DNA from: the human T2T-CHM13v2.0 reference genome, Homo sapiens
DNA: 64,000 nt
Assembly: GCF_009914755.1 (NCBI RefSeq)
Contig: NC_060929.1
Direction: 5' to 3' (one strand)
Made by a program: the position numbers and the translations under genes. Positions 50,701 to 64,000 of the stretch are shown one piece after another. Numbering within the stretch: position 1 is the first letter of the stretch; every line of letters starts with the position of its first letter. The notes beneath the pieces were generated by a model, which was not told the origin of the DNA, did not search any database, and saw only the letters and a program-made list of their open reading frames with translations.

Positions 50701-53240
50701 AGTTCAGGCCATCCAAGGCTGCCATGTTTGGCTATTGCTATTGTTATCCTGGTGGTGACCGCCTGTACTTACTTCGATGGTAAGCTGGTAGCGGCTTGTG
50801 CTTTTATTAGAGCTACACGTAAGAGGTTAGTAAACTTAGAGCTTAGAAAACTCTGATCCCACCTCTGCCTCAACAAAGTAACAGAGTGGTAGCAAGAACC
50901 CTAATGTGCAAAAGTCAACTGGCTGTCTTAAAAGAATAATTCCAGTACCATAATCATATATGTGGATTTGAAATTTATTCCCAATTATCTTGTCTGTACT
51001 TCTAAAATTGTTGAAGCAGTTCTGAGCATTACAAATACTGGCTTTTTGTCTCTTTATGCCTCCATGTCTGAATATATAAAGTGGTTATTAAAAAGTAGGT
51101 GCTATTTTTTAAAGAAATGAGATACAAAACACATCTTTATATGCCAATCATTGATTATGTTACCAATAATAACTTTAACCACCTGGACATTTGGGAGCAA
51201 TTTACATCAAACTAGTGCTTTTCTGGAGAAACATTTACCATCTGCATAATGTAGAATGATATTTCCCATTAATACCTGGTTCATATCTGGGGTATGTAGC
51301 AAGAATGAAAAAGATGTTTCTTATGAAAGGCCTGTTTCTTGACAGTATATGAATAGTGTAACCATTACTTTGTGTTCTATTGAAATGATCAATAGACAGA
51401 CAACTTTTTCTGCTTATAATTGCCAACAACAGAAATGATGGACATTATTATTTCTGTTTGAAAACAAAACCTATTTCTGCAGTTCTATGATTCTGGTTTA
51501 TTCGTGCTATCTAATGAATGCTTCCAATTACAACACATAAAAAGGACAATTTTATATCTTCTGGTTTTCAAATAAAGTTTGCATTTCATCCAATCTGGAC
51601 CTTAGCAATAAAATTACGGATGTCAAATATTTTTTCAGGTAAGATAATTTTTTTTAAGCACAGCAGAGCAATTTTATGTGATACAGAAAATTCTTAGACC
51701 AAAAGGCGAGAGCTTAAGCTATTAATGGCTCAAACAGTTTGTATTGACTAAATACTAATAAGACCTGATTCTCTATAGCTAGGAATGCCATCTGAACCTA
51801 AGTTTGCATCCATCACTCTTTATCCTGGGCTAGTTCAGAGCAAGTTATGTCAATCAGTCCCACATTGGTTTAGTGAATGTTTTCCAAAATGCCAAACTAA
51901 CAACAATGTTTGCTTTGCAGTCACCAGAGTCTTGCTTATTCCCTTCATCATTACATTTCTACAAATAGTCTTAAACAGAAAACCTCTGGTAAAGAAAAGA
52001 GCTAAGTGTCCACCTGCTTTAGTTCCTAGTTAATTTATTTATGTGGATCTTATGTTTTGGCCAATTAACATGTTTGGTTTATAATGTTTCTTTTTTATTC
52101 AAGAGGTTGGCTATACCCATTGTAGCTTCTCTGGCCCCCATGCTCCAAATGCCAGCAGCTGGTGGGGGATCATCAAAGCAACATACTAGTCCCAACAGCT
52201 GTCACGACATGTTCAAGTTCATCTTGTAGTTTCAAGCCAATTCACCCTCTCTGCAGAAGGAAGAGAGAGAGACAGAGAGAAGGAAAGAAAATGGAATTCC
52301 TTTTCTTTGAATTGTTCATATGCCAAAATAGAAAAGAACAAGGGAGGCTTTAAAAAGAAAAGAGCTGTGTATGGTTATGTGAATGATAATGTATACTTAC
52401 ATCTTATTCTCAGTGGCCTTTACACTCACACTTCCAGTTTTTAAATTTAATTTCTATATTTCCATCCATTTTTTTTTGAAAATTAGTTTCTTATTAAAGA
52501 AATCTTAGAATAATTTACTAGTTTGTTATAAATGATGTGGAGTATAATTTTCAAGTCTGGGCACTTGAATTCATTTTATAAACATTTTGGAAAATATAGT
52601 TATCAAATGCAGCTATTTAATCTAGTTGTTTTTGAAGGTTAATTGTGTGCAAAAAAAGTCCTCTACATTTTTTGTATCAGTCATTAACATAGCTGCCATG
52701 CTGTGATTTTCTCTTTTATTACTTTAAATAGACATTCCAAAAGAAATGTTATGTGACTCAGTCAGTCCAAAGCATTCTTACTTGTTCCATAATTAAATAA
52801 CGCCATTCTTAAAGAGAGAAAAATGCTTATTTTAAGAATTTTCTCTTAAGGAAAAAAACCCTTCATTTGAACAAAATGCAATTAGTACAAAAATGGTAGT
52901 TTGAGATTTTATTATATGAATGATTGTCTCAATTATCCATTTAATTTTATTAGTGTAAAAGTGACATTTTTCATGGACTTACTTTGAGATCCTGAATAAA
53001 ACATAACCTGTTTTATTTTCCTCATCTCTAAAGACAATACTTATTGTAGAGACTCTTTTAAGGAACAATATGTTAATGGTGTTAAATTATTTTAATTAAA
53101 GTAAAGCAGCTCTCTGAAATAAAGATATTCAAATACTAATTTTTCTGTACTCTGAATCACACTTTTGTCTTGCCTTTCAACGATTTGGTCTGTTTTTAAT
53201 AGAAATTAAGAGATCCTTACTGGCTGCAAAGATCAAATAA

Positions 53241-53408
53241 TTATTATTTAGTATTTTTTGTTAAGACAGAGTCTCACTCTTTTGCACAGGGTAGAGTCCA
53301 GTGGTGTAATCACAGCTCACTGCAGCCTCAAACTCCTGGGCTCAAGTGATCCTGCTGCCTCAGCCTCCTGAGTAGCTGGGACCACAGGGGCATGCCACCA
53401 CACGTGGC

Positions 53409-53442
<34 letters not shown>

Positions 53443-53555
53443 GATAGGGTTTCACTATGTTGCCCAGGCTGGTCTCAGGCTCAGGGCTTAAGCAATCCTC
53501 CTGCCTCAGGCTCCCAAAGTGCTGGGATTAAAAATGTGAGCCACCATGCCTGGTG
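53241..53555 (-). mobile_element. AluJ with expanded central poly(T) (T29)
   Basis: J-type diagnostics CACAGCTCACTGCAGCCTCAAACTCCTGGGCTCAAG and CACTATGTTGCCCAGG. Confidence 0.95.
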
Positions 53556-54123
53556 TTGTTTAGTTATTTACTGTAATAGAAATTCCTAGATAGTGTTAAA
53601 CTTCTAGGTAAGTTACTTTAAATTTTCAATTCAAAAGTCTTTTCATTATATTTATATCAAAGTTTATTTTAACATAAATACTTACAAATGTTCCTAAGCA
53701 AGCCACAAAATGCAAGAGAAAATAGAAGGCAGTACTTCTTTAATAGAAAAAGTTGGGTAAATCTAATTCATGTGGCAGTTATATTTTTCCTCAGTTTTTT
53801 TGGTCCTATATTCAGACCTGTCCTTTCAACTCACTCTCACCTCTCCCTGACCTGTCTCTGTTAGAGGTTACAGATGAACAGTTATTTAGAAGTGATTTGG
53901 TGCTGATACCTTTACCATTTAGTGGAGGTTTGAAGTGGAGTAGAAAAAGAAAGCCATGAAAATTTCCATAATTAATAATAAAACAGACTCTGCCTCCTTC
54001 TGACCAACACTGATGGTGTCATCTGAATAGCATCAGCAACTCCCTACTCCCACTCCCCCATCTAGTCTCCCTTTCTTGACTTTTCTGGAAAGTTATAAGA
54101 AAAGAATACAAGGGAGGGTATCA

Positions 54124-54790
<667 letters not shown>

Positions 54791-54883
54791 TCATCTCTCG
54801 AGGAGTTTTTACCCATATAAGATGTGGGGAGCAGAATTAAGATGATTAAGACAACCAAAAGATGAATTGAAAGATGAATTCAC

Positions 54884-55102
54884 CATTGTGGCTACAGAGG
54901 TCATAGGGCCTGGGAGTAAGACCTCATGGTTTGTGATCCTGGATTTACTATTCTATCTCTAGGGCCTAGGGCCAGTTATTTAACCCGATCTGTAAAATGG
55001 GAACAATAATTGTTCTACTTCAGAGACCTGTGAAGATTAAATGAGGTAATGCATATAAAGCTCCAGTCAGAGCAGGCTCAGTAAATGCTGTTATTATTAT
55101 TG
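54884..55102 (+). mobile_element. MIR
   Basis: AGTTATTTAACC..ATCTGTAAAATGGGAACAATAAT..GTGAAGATTAAATGAGGTAATGCATATAAAGC..CTCAGTAAATGCTG. Confidence 0.85.
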
Positions 55103-56235
55103 TATCTTTTCTTCATCAAAAATTGCACTGATCACAATATTGTAGACCTCAAATTATTGATTTTCCCCACCAAAAGCCTAAGTTACCAGAGAAGAATGTA
55201 ACTCCCAAAGTAAAAGCCAATTTTTGCCATGTTTCAAAAGTGACTTAATCTCAAGAGACTGGGATAAACCAACCCAAACATATTTCTAGAGACAAAGCTA
55301 AAGTAACAGTGGCAGCCATCTGTTGACAAAGATCCTTATCCTAGGATTCAGGGAATCCCCAACACCCAGGTCTTTGTGCTTTAGCTTTTATCCAATTTTC
55401 GAGGATGTTCAGAATGTTAATAAAATGTGTGTGCTATCTTTACCTCAGATTAATTCAAAAGGGAAATTAATGATGTAACCATTTCTAATACCAAGGCATG
55501 AATAGTAATTGGTACATGCAACAGGTCTATATGCCAGGTTCCCACATTGATTCTGGAAACTCTAGATTTGTGATGCCATGTGAGTGCAGGTGACCTGGTC
55601 TGAATAGGGCTGATCTTAGAATATTCATTTTTCCCTCAAATAACCCTTCTCACCCAAAGGATAGACATGGCTGCCTCTGGCTCTAAGTGTTCAAATCCAC
55701 CCTTGGGTCTTCATTAGTGGATCAGCATCTCCAGGCCTGTAAGGGCTACTGACAAGTTTCCTTGATGAAGAAGTTTTGGCCACTCTTTGTGAGTACTTAC
55801 CTAAGATAGGTCTGGGGGCCTCAGGGTTCCAGATCAAGCAAAGTCAAGATGTCCAAACTATGAAAACCTCATGGACAATGAGACTTGCTCGTCTCACTAC
55901 AGGTACAAGAAAGTATGAGGCAGATAACCCAAATGCATGATTTGACCCTCTTAAGGAACAGCTAATATAATTTAGTCTGGAGTTATTATTTGGGCTTTGG
56001 AAAAGGTTTGCTCATTCACCACCAGCTTTTGATCCTACAACAGCTGTCATATGCTTTATACCAATATTAAAGCCAGTCATGTCTGAATTTAGATATTTTA
56101 GAATTATTTGCACTTCGTACTTCAAAAATTTTATTTTGTGAGTTATTTGATGTCTAAAAATCCCTAGAATCTTTGTTGTAATCTCTTCAAATCCATTTTT
56201 TCCTCCTAAAATAAGAACATTCTCTTTTTCTCTTA

Positions 56236-56390
<155 letters not shown>

Positions 56391-57768
56391 GCAAAATCGG
56401 GAAAAGAAATTAAACTCCCACATGGCTTAAACCAAATCAAAGTGCTAGAACACCAAGATGTTTAAATAGGTTCTGAATTTGAGAAAGCTCACTTTTAATG
56501 TTATTGATTACCTCCACGTAAAATGCAGTGGTGAACTCAGAACTTAAAGCAGTTAAAACATTTTGTTAAATAAGATTTTGTTGTAACACAGTTTTTTTCT
56601 GGTAGTAAAGCTATAAAGGTATTAACTAAAAAGAATTTCCATGCTTTAATAGTCTACATAAGCTATTACTATTACATATTTGTGTGGATATTTCCTATAA
56701 TAATATATATACATTAAAGCATTATCTTGAGTGTGTATATTCTTAAAATACAGGAGAATTGTATTAAAAGATGAAATATGTAATATCTGGGACACAACAA
56801 AGCACGTGACATGTGAAAACTATTTTCTGAGCTCTCATTTATCTATTAAAAATATAGAATGAGAGCTAGCATTAAACTACATTAATCTCAGTTTCATTCA
56901 CCACCTCCAGGACCTTATCCCTATTTTTCAAATTGTCTTCACTGACCTGAACTCAGATATACTTACTGAAACTGGGGCAATTTTATTATCCAGTGAGTGG
57001 TTTATGGAATCTGCAATTTATTATAACCAGGTGAATCATGAAATTTGGATTCTTTAAAATACAAAAAGTTACAGTTAATTCTCTTCTTCATTTTTGTTAT
57101 TAATAATGTTTGACACAATAAGAACTATACTACACTTTCATGTTATTTTCTCTTGCAAGTCTTCAGCTCCTACTGTTTCATCTGTTCTGTCAGCTAATTA
57201 AACACACAAACCTGTGAGAAAGCTACTGTTAAATCCACTCTGCTTACAATGATGATTTCTCAATAGGCCTGATGTCCAATGTGTTTGAGGTGCACAGAAT
57301 AACCTCCTCAGGAAGAAAAATGCATCTGCTCACAAGCTGCCAACCAATATTTGTGACTGCTTCAAATTGAACACTGGTATTTAATCACTTACCACAAACA
57401 TCTTTGGAAAAAGGCTTGGACTTTATAGATAGATTAAATAATCCAATACATTGCTATCTCTAGAAAATGTACATAATTTTTTAAAAGTGGGAATTGGCTT
57501 ATTAGGTAAAATTGAAGTAGGCTCTAGATACACACACATGCTTACAGGTATATGTGTATATGCACATACACATGCATATATGTATAAATTCAAATCATTT
57601 CTCTAACATAAAAACACTTGTTTTTCATATCTTTCCAGAAAATGGATGTGGTGAGTTCCATGTCTAACATCATTAACAATGTCTTTTGTTGCTGTGCTAT
57701 TTAAAGCAATCTCTCTGTTTTCAGGTATAATAGCTAAAGTATAATTAGTATGTAAAGAAATATTTACT

Positions 57769-58072
<304 letters not shown>

Positions 58073-59771
58073 TTACTGTCTGCTATAAATACAATTAATT
58101 AGACTTAGTACACAGAAATGTTTTTTTGCATGCTATAAATCACTTTTGATTTCAACAAATGGTAACATACAAACCTTAGTAAACTAAACGGTATTTGACT
58201 TATCACTGCAAAATAATTGAATAAAGAGAAGAGCTAGGTAAATGGTGTGGAAAAAATATCTAACATCACTCTTATCAAAATGAAAGTTGTTTTGAGATAA
58301 AACACAATTTCAGCTTTTGTAGCTAGTGCAATCATTTTCTTACCTTTATTTCAGTAAAACACTTTGCTCCCACAATCTACAACATACACAATCTACAAAG
58401 TGCCCTTGTGATGCCTCAATTCCATCAGATAATTTTTTAATTGTATAGCTTGATTTTTGAATATAGAACAATTGATTCTACATGTCATTAACAAAACTAA
58501 AAGTACATTTGCATGTATTATTACAGAATGTCACAAATTTGGGAAGTGCCTGGTGGGTTAATTACTAGTAGGAAAAAATTAGTCTTCTTGGTACTAATAA
58601 ATCTATCCTTGAAAATTGTAAGCATACAACATTGTGTTTTGGATCTTTGAACATCAGACCTATGGGTTTTTTCCCTAGTAACTTCTTTTACTAAATAATA
58701 TGAATATGCTGACTATGCTTAAATGCAGATTGTAAAGCTTTTAGATCTGAGGCAAAGAGTGAATCTTTGTTTGTGTGAGATACAGCTAAGGTATTGCTAA
58801 GGAATTTTAAGCTTTGAGTTTCTTTTTCAATTTGTTGGACATTTGGAAAATGTACTATTCTTTTTCTATTGAGATTCTCACCATATCTTATGCAAAGTAG
58901 TGAACTACACCTTCTAAGATCTTAATAGATTCTTGAGGGTTGGGTATTAATGAATAAAGTCACCCTCAAGACATACATATAATGGGAATCATAAAGAAAT
59001 GAGGGGGAATCTCATTGTTTGTACTATATTTTACAGTAGATACTGTCAGTGTAAGACAGTTTTACCTTCAGGCTTGATCTGATTTTTAGGTGATCATGGG
59101 ATTTTCCCACTTCTATTACTGACCTATATTACCTGGTACATTATGAGAATAAAGTGTAGCTTTACTAGAGTCTGTTAATAGATACCTAATGCTCCCACAT
59201 GAGCTTTTAGAGACTTGCACCTTAAGTTCACCTGAGGCGTTTTTGCAGAATTATAACTTAATATAGTTAGCAAAAACCAGGATTCCTAGGTAAGTGCTAG
59301 AAAAACTAGATCTTTTCTAATACTGATATTCCCATATCTGCTGTTATTCAAGTCTTGGTTTCACCCAAGGAAATAAAAGGAAATAAAACAAGTTAAAAGT
59401 TCGTAGGTGCCTAGAGAAAAGATTCATTTGGGTTCTCACAATCTTATGAAGAAATCTTCTAAGCAGAACACCTCCGTGACTCACTTTCTTGAAGAAAATA
59501 CTCTGTATGACTCCTGTAGTTAAACTCAACTCACTTCCAAGTTATTCTCACGTGCCTATTTTCTACTGTGCTTCTAATCCCCAATTACTTACATTTACAT
59601 CTGTTAGTAGAAAACTTCTAATTTTCTAAATTCTCAGTAATTTAACAGTCAATAGACACTACTCTGGGTTAAGGTAATAGGAAATTCTGGAGATTAGGTA
59701 TAGATTACTAGTTGTCTAAAGGCAAACAACAAATTATCTTTTGTGTACATGTATAACTTGCCTAAAAAAAT

Positions 59772-59922
59772 CTACTTTGCATAATATGTATAATATTTAA
59801 GAACTTATATGTAACCGTTAAATTACATGCTTTGAATGTACTATATCATTAATTCTTATAACAACCTAGGGAGGCATAGAATAACCACTTTCCCCATTTT
59901 GCAGAAGAGGAAACTGATCACT
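59772..59922 (-). mobile_element. MIR fragment
   Basis: TCATTAATTCTTATAACAACCTAGGGAGGC..CCCCATTTTGCAGAAGAGGAAACTGA. Confidence 0.8.
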
Positions 59923-59934
59923 AAATTTGGCTTG

Positions 59935-60392
59935 TAAATTAACTCCTGTAGAAACATCTGGAGGCAATTGATGAAATCAGAATTTCTTTTCTCTCTCTTT
60001 GTTTATTTTTATTTTTATTTATCTATTTTTTGTGTGTGATGGAGTCTCGCTCTGACACCCAAGCTGGAGTGAAGTGGCATGATCTCAGCTCACTGCAACC
60101 TCCTCCCCCTACTGGGTTCAAGCGATTCTCCTGCCTCAGCCTCCTGAGTAGCTGAGATTACAGGCATGCTCCATGACACCCAGCTAATTTTTGTATCTTT
60201 AGTAGAGATCAGATTTTGCCATGTTGGCCAGGCTGGTCTCAAACACCTGACCTCAGGTGATCTGCCTGCCTCAGCCTCCCAGAGTGCTGGGATGACAGGT
60301 GTGAGCCATTGCACCCAGCAAATCTGAATTTCTTAATGTATAAAAAGGTTACCCAGGTGATTTTGACACACACTAACCTAAGAAAAACTGAC
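59935..60392. mobile_element. MER5A-like fragment split by an Alu
   Basis: ..TGAAATCAGAAT [Alu] ..AAAAAGGTTACCCAGGTGATTTTGACACACACTAACCTAAGAAAAACTG. Confidence 0.5.
59989..60319 (-). mobile_element. AluSx/Sz
   Basis: Full antisense dimer with CTCAGGTGATC; TSD AAATC(A/T)GAATTTCTT at 59974-59988 and 60320-60334. Confidence 0.96.
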
Positions 60393-60579
60393 ATAATGGA
60401 TTTTAAATATAATTTATTAGTATGTATTTGTACATATCTTTCCAGTAATCCAAATACATGATTATAGTGACCTGTATTATCACCACTGAAAAGTTGGGTA
60501 AATAGCATTTATCTTGTTGTCTCTTAAAGCCAATGCCACATTGCAAATGATTTGATATTTTCCTGGAGAAAATCAATGA

Positions 60580-61248
<669 letters not shown>

Positions 61249-62621
61249 TCAGTCAAAACTGATCAAAAACTAACACAGATATTACAATTACCACACAAGG
61301 GTATTAAGCAGTTATTATAACTGTATTACATGTGAACAATACCTAGAGGAAAAATTGAATAAATACATTACAGACAGGGATGACAGAAAAAAGCCCCACC
61401 CAAATTGAACTTGTAGAGATAAAAACTATAATGTGTACAGTAAAACATATATTGGATGGAATAACAGCAGACCATATATTTCAGTAAGAAGAATCAGTGA
61501 GCTTGAGGACACAGCAATTGAAACTATTTAAAGTGAAATAGAAAGAGAAAAAAAGACCCTAAAAAAATTTAATTTACCATCAGTGACCTGCAGAAGAAAA
61601 GCAGCCTAATAACATATAACTGGGGTGCTCAAATGAAGGGAGGAAAATGAAAGGTAATATTAAAAGATACAATAGCCAAAAATGTTCCAAATTTAATGAA
61701 AACTATAAACTCACAAACTAAAGAATCTCAATGAATCCCAAGCACAAGAAACATGAAGAAAACTACACCAAGGCACATTATAATCAAACTGCTGAAAATC
61801 AGTGATAAAGAGCCAGAGACAAAGCATATATCACACACAGAAGAATAACCACAGAAATGACAGATTTCTTGTCAGAAATAATGCAAGCAAGAAGAGAGTG
61901 GAGCAATATCCTTAAGGTACTGAGAGATATTTTAAAAATTCAATCTAGTATTCTACACCCAGTGAAACTATCTTTCAAAAAAGAAAGTGAAGAAAGACTG
62001 TTTTTAGACTGTTTTCAAGCTGAAAAATTTTGTGATTAGCAAACATGCACTATAAGAAATGTTAAAGAGAATCTTTCAGATAGAGGAAAAGGGTTTTAAG
62101 ATATAAAAAGCAAAAACAACAACAACAAAACAATAAAAGAAACTAAGCTCTTATTTATGAACAGATGAATAAAAATGATGTCTCTACCCTGACTGTCAGG
62201 ATAAAAAGAAAAAAAAAAGGACACGAATTTCCAAGATTGTGCATTATAGAGGTGATATCACTACAGATTCTACAGATATTAAGAAATATGAAGAAAATAT
62301 TATAAACAACTTAAATAGATACAGTCCTTGAAAGTCACAAACTACCAAAGATCACTAAAGGAATAGGTAAACTAAATAATACAATCTCTATTAAAGATAT
62401 TTAATTTATAGTTAAAAACATTAGAACCAAAAAAATTACAGGCTTAAATAGCTACACTGGTGGGTTCTACCAAATATCTAATAAATTAATATTATCAATT
62501 GTATGCATATTCTTCCAAAAAATTGAAGAGATACTTTCCATGAGGCCAGCATTACCCTGATACCAAAACCACAACAAGGCAAATCAAGAAAACTGCAGAC
62601 CAATAGTCCATATGCAGATGA

Positions 62622-62693
62622 AATTACATAGATGAAAAAAGTCCTGACAAAATTTCCAATTACTTAGATGAAAAAAGTCCTGACAAAATTCTA
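62622..62693. repeat. 36-bp tandem duplication inside L1
   Basis: AATTAC(A/T)TAGATGAAAAAAGTCCTGACAAAATT at 62622 and 62658. Confidence 0.92.
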
Positions 62694-64000
62694 ATAAACA
62701 GAGTCCAATAGTATATAAAAAGAATAACATATTATTATCAAGTGGAGTACATCTCTGGAATGTAAGGTTGGTTTAATATCTTAAAATTAATCAATATAAT
62801 TTACCATATTAACAAACAAAAAAGAAAAACTATATAATCTTCTTCCCAATAGTTGCATAGAAAGCTTAAAAGTATTTCACAAAATTTAACATCCTTTCCT
62901 TATGAAAACTGTTAGCAAACTAGGAATAGAAGGGAACTTCCTAAGCTGATAATGAGCATCTACAAACAAACCTACAATGACATCAAATTTGATGGTTAAA
63001 AAAAAAGTATACTCTCCACCTTAAGATTAGAATGTCTGCTCTTTCCACTTCTATTCAAAATTTCATTGGAGATATTAGCAAGTGAAATAAGGTAAGAAAA
63101 GGGGAATAAAAGGCACCCAGATGAAAAAGAAGAAGTGAAACTACATTTATTCACAGACAATATGATTGTGGGTGGAGATATGTGATAGAAACTACAGAAA
63201 AGCAATTAAAATCAACAAAGCAATAAATAAATTTATCATAGTTTGTAGGATTCAAGATCAACAGAAAAATATCTATCATATATGTGTACAATCACAATGA
63301 GTAATTATAAATTATAATTTAAAACATAATATTATTTATAATAATATTTAAAATCATTATATACTTAGGAATAAGCTGACAGGGTGCACAATAACTGCAC
63401 ACTGAAAACTACAACACATTGCTGAGAAAATTAAACAAGACAAATAAATGGAGAGTTCATGCATCAAAAGATATAATATTGTTAAATGTCAGTTCTTTCC
63501 AAATTGATCTACAGACTCAATAAAATCCAAACAAGATCTCAGCATTTTTTTTTTTTTGGTGGATATTTACAAGCTGATTCAAACATTTTTCTGGATATTC
63601 AAAAAATCTTGAATAGTCAAAACAACTTGAAATTGAAGAAAAAGTTAAAGGCTTAACACAACCTAATTTTGAAATTTATATAAACTAGTGTAATATATAG
63701 AAAAATAGATAAATGAAACAGAATTGAGAATCCAGAAATAAACCCATGCAATTACAGAAAACTAGTTTTGAATAAATATGCAAAGATAGTTAAATTTTTA
63801 AAAGGATTGTCTCTTCAAAAAATGATGCTGAAGTAATTAAATATCTATATGCCAAAAACAGAAGAGAAAAAAATAATTTTTATTTCTCACATCATTACAA
63901 AATAATTCAAAATGAATCACAGACCTAAATGTGAAACTTAATGAAACTTTCAGAAGAATAAGGGTGGAAGATTTCTTAGGTATGACAATAAAAACATAAC

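Noticed and set aside
55290-55900. GC-richer block with an LTR-like TGTAGTG start on the minus strand
   Set aside because: No recognisable consensus match; needs a Dfam search
61857-62039. L1 ORF1-like 60-aa ORF
   Set aside because: A fragment of a dead L1; recorded under the mobile element, not as a CDS

Overview
AT-rich, CpG-depleted primate (very likely human or ape) intergenic or intronic DNA. I found no supportable protein-coding gene, tRNA, rRNA, snRNA or CRISPR array. The ORF track is explained by chance ORFs and transposon relics. The recognisable content is a layered transposon record: AluJ/AluS/FLAM, L1PA/L1MA/L1MC-MD, L2, MIR, a CR1/L3 relic, hAT MITEs (MER1B, MER5A, MER102-like) and a mariner-derived MARNA-like relic, plus microsatellites. 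Repeats cluster at about 1-33 kb and 53-64 kb, either side of a repeat-poor stretch of about 20 kb. The best leads are a CpG-retaining, motif-dense element with an adjacent G4/i-motif (25.3-26.3 kb), a strong CTCF-like site (36.48 kb), a perfect non-Alu DR2 element (21.06 kb), a 280-codon stop-free frame through an L2 reverse transcriptase fossil, and a twin-priming-type 5' inversion in an ancient L1. I see no convincing evidence of a novel multi-gene system. Repeat subfamily names come from remembered consensus similarity, boundaries of old repeats are approximate, and conservation and expression could not be tested.
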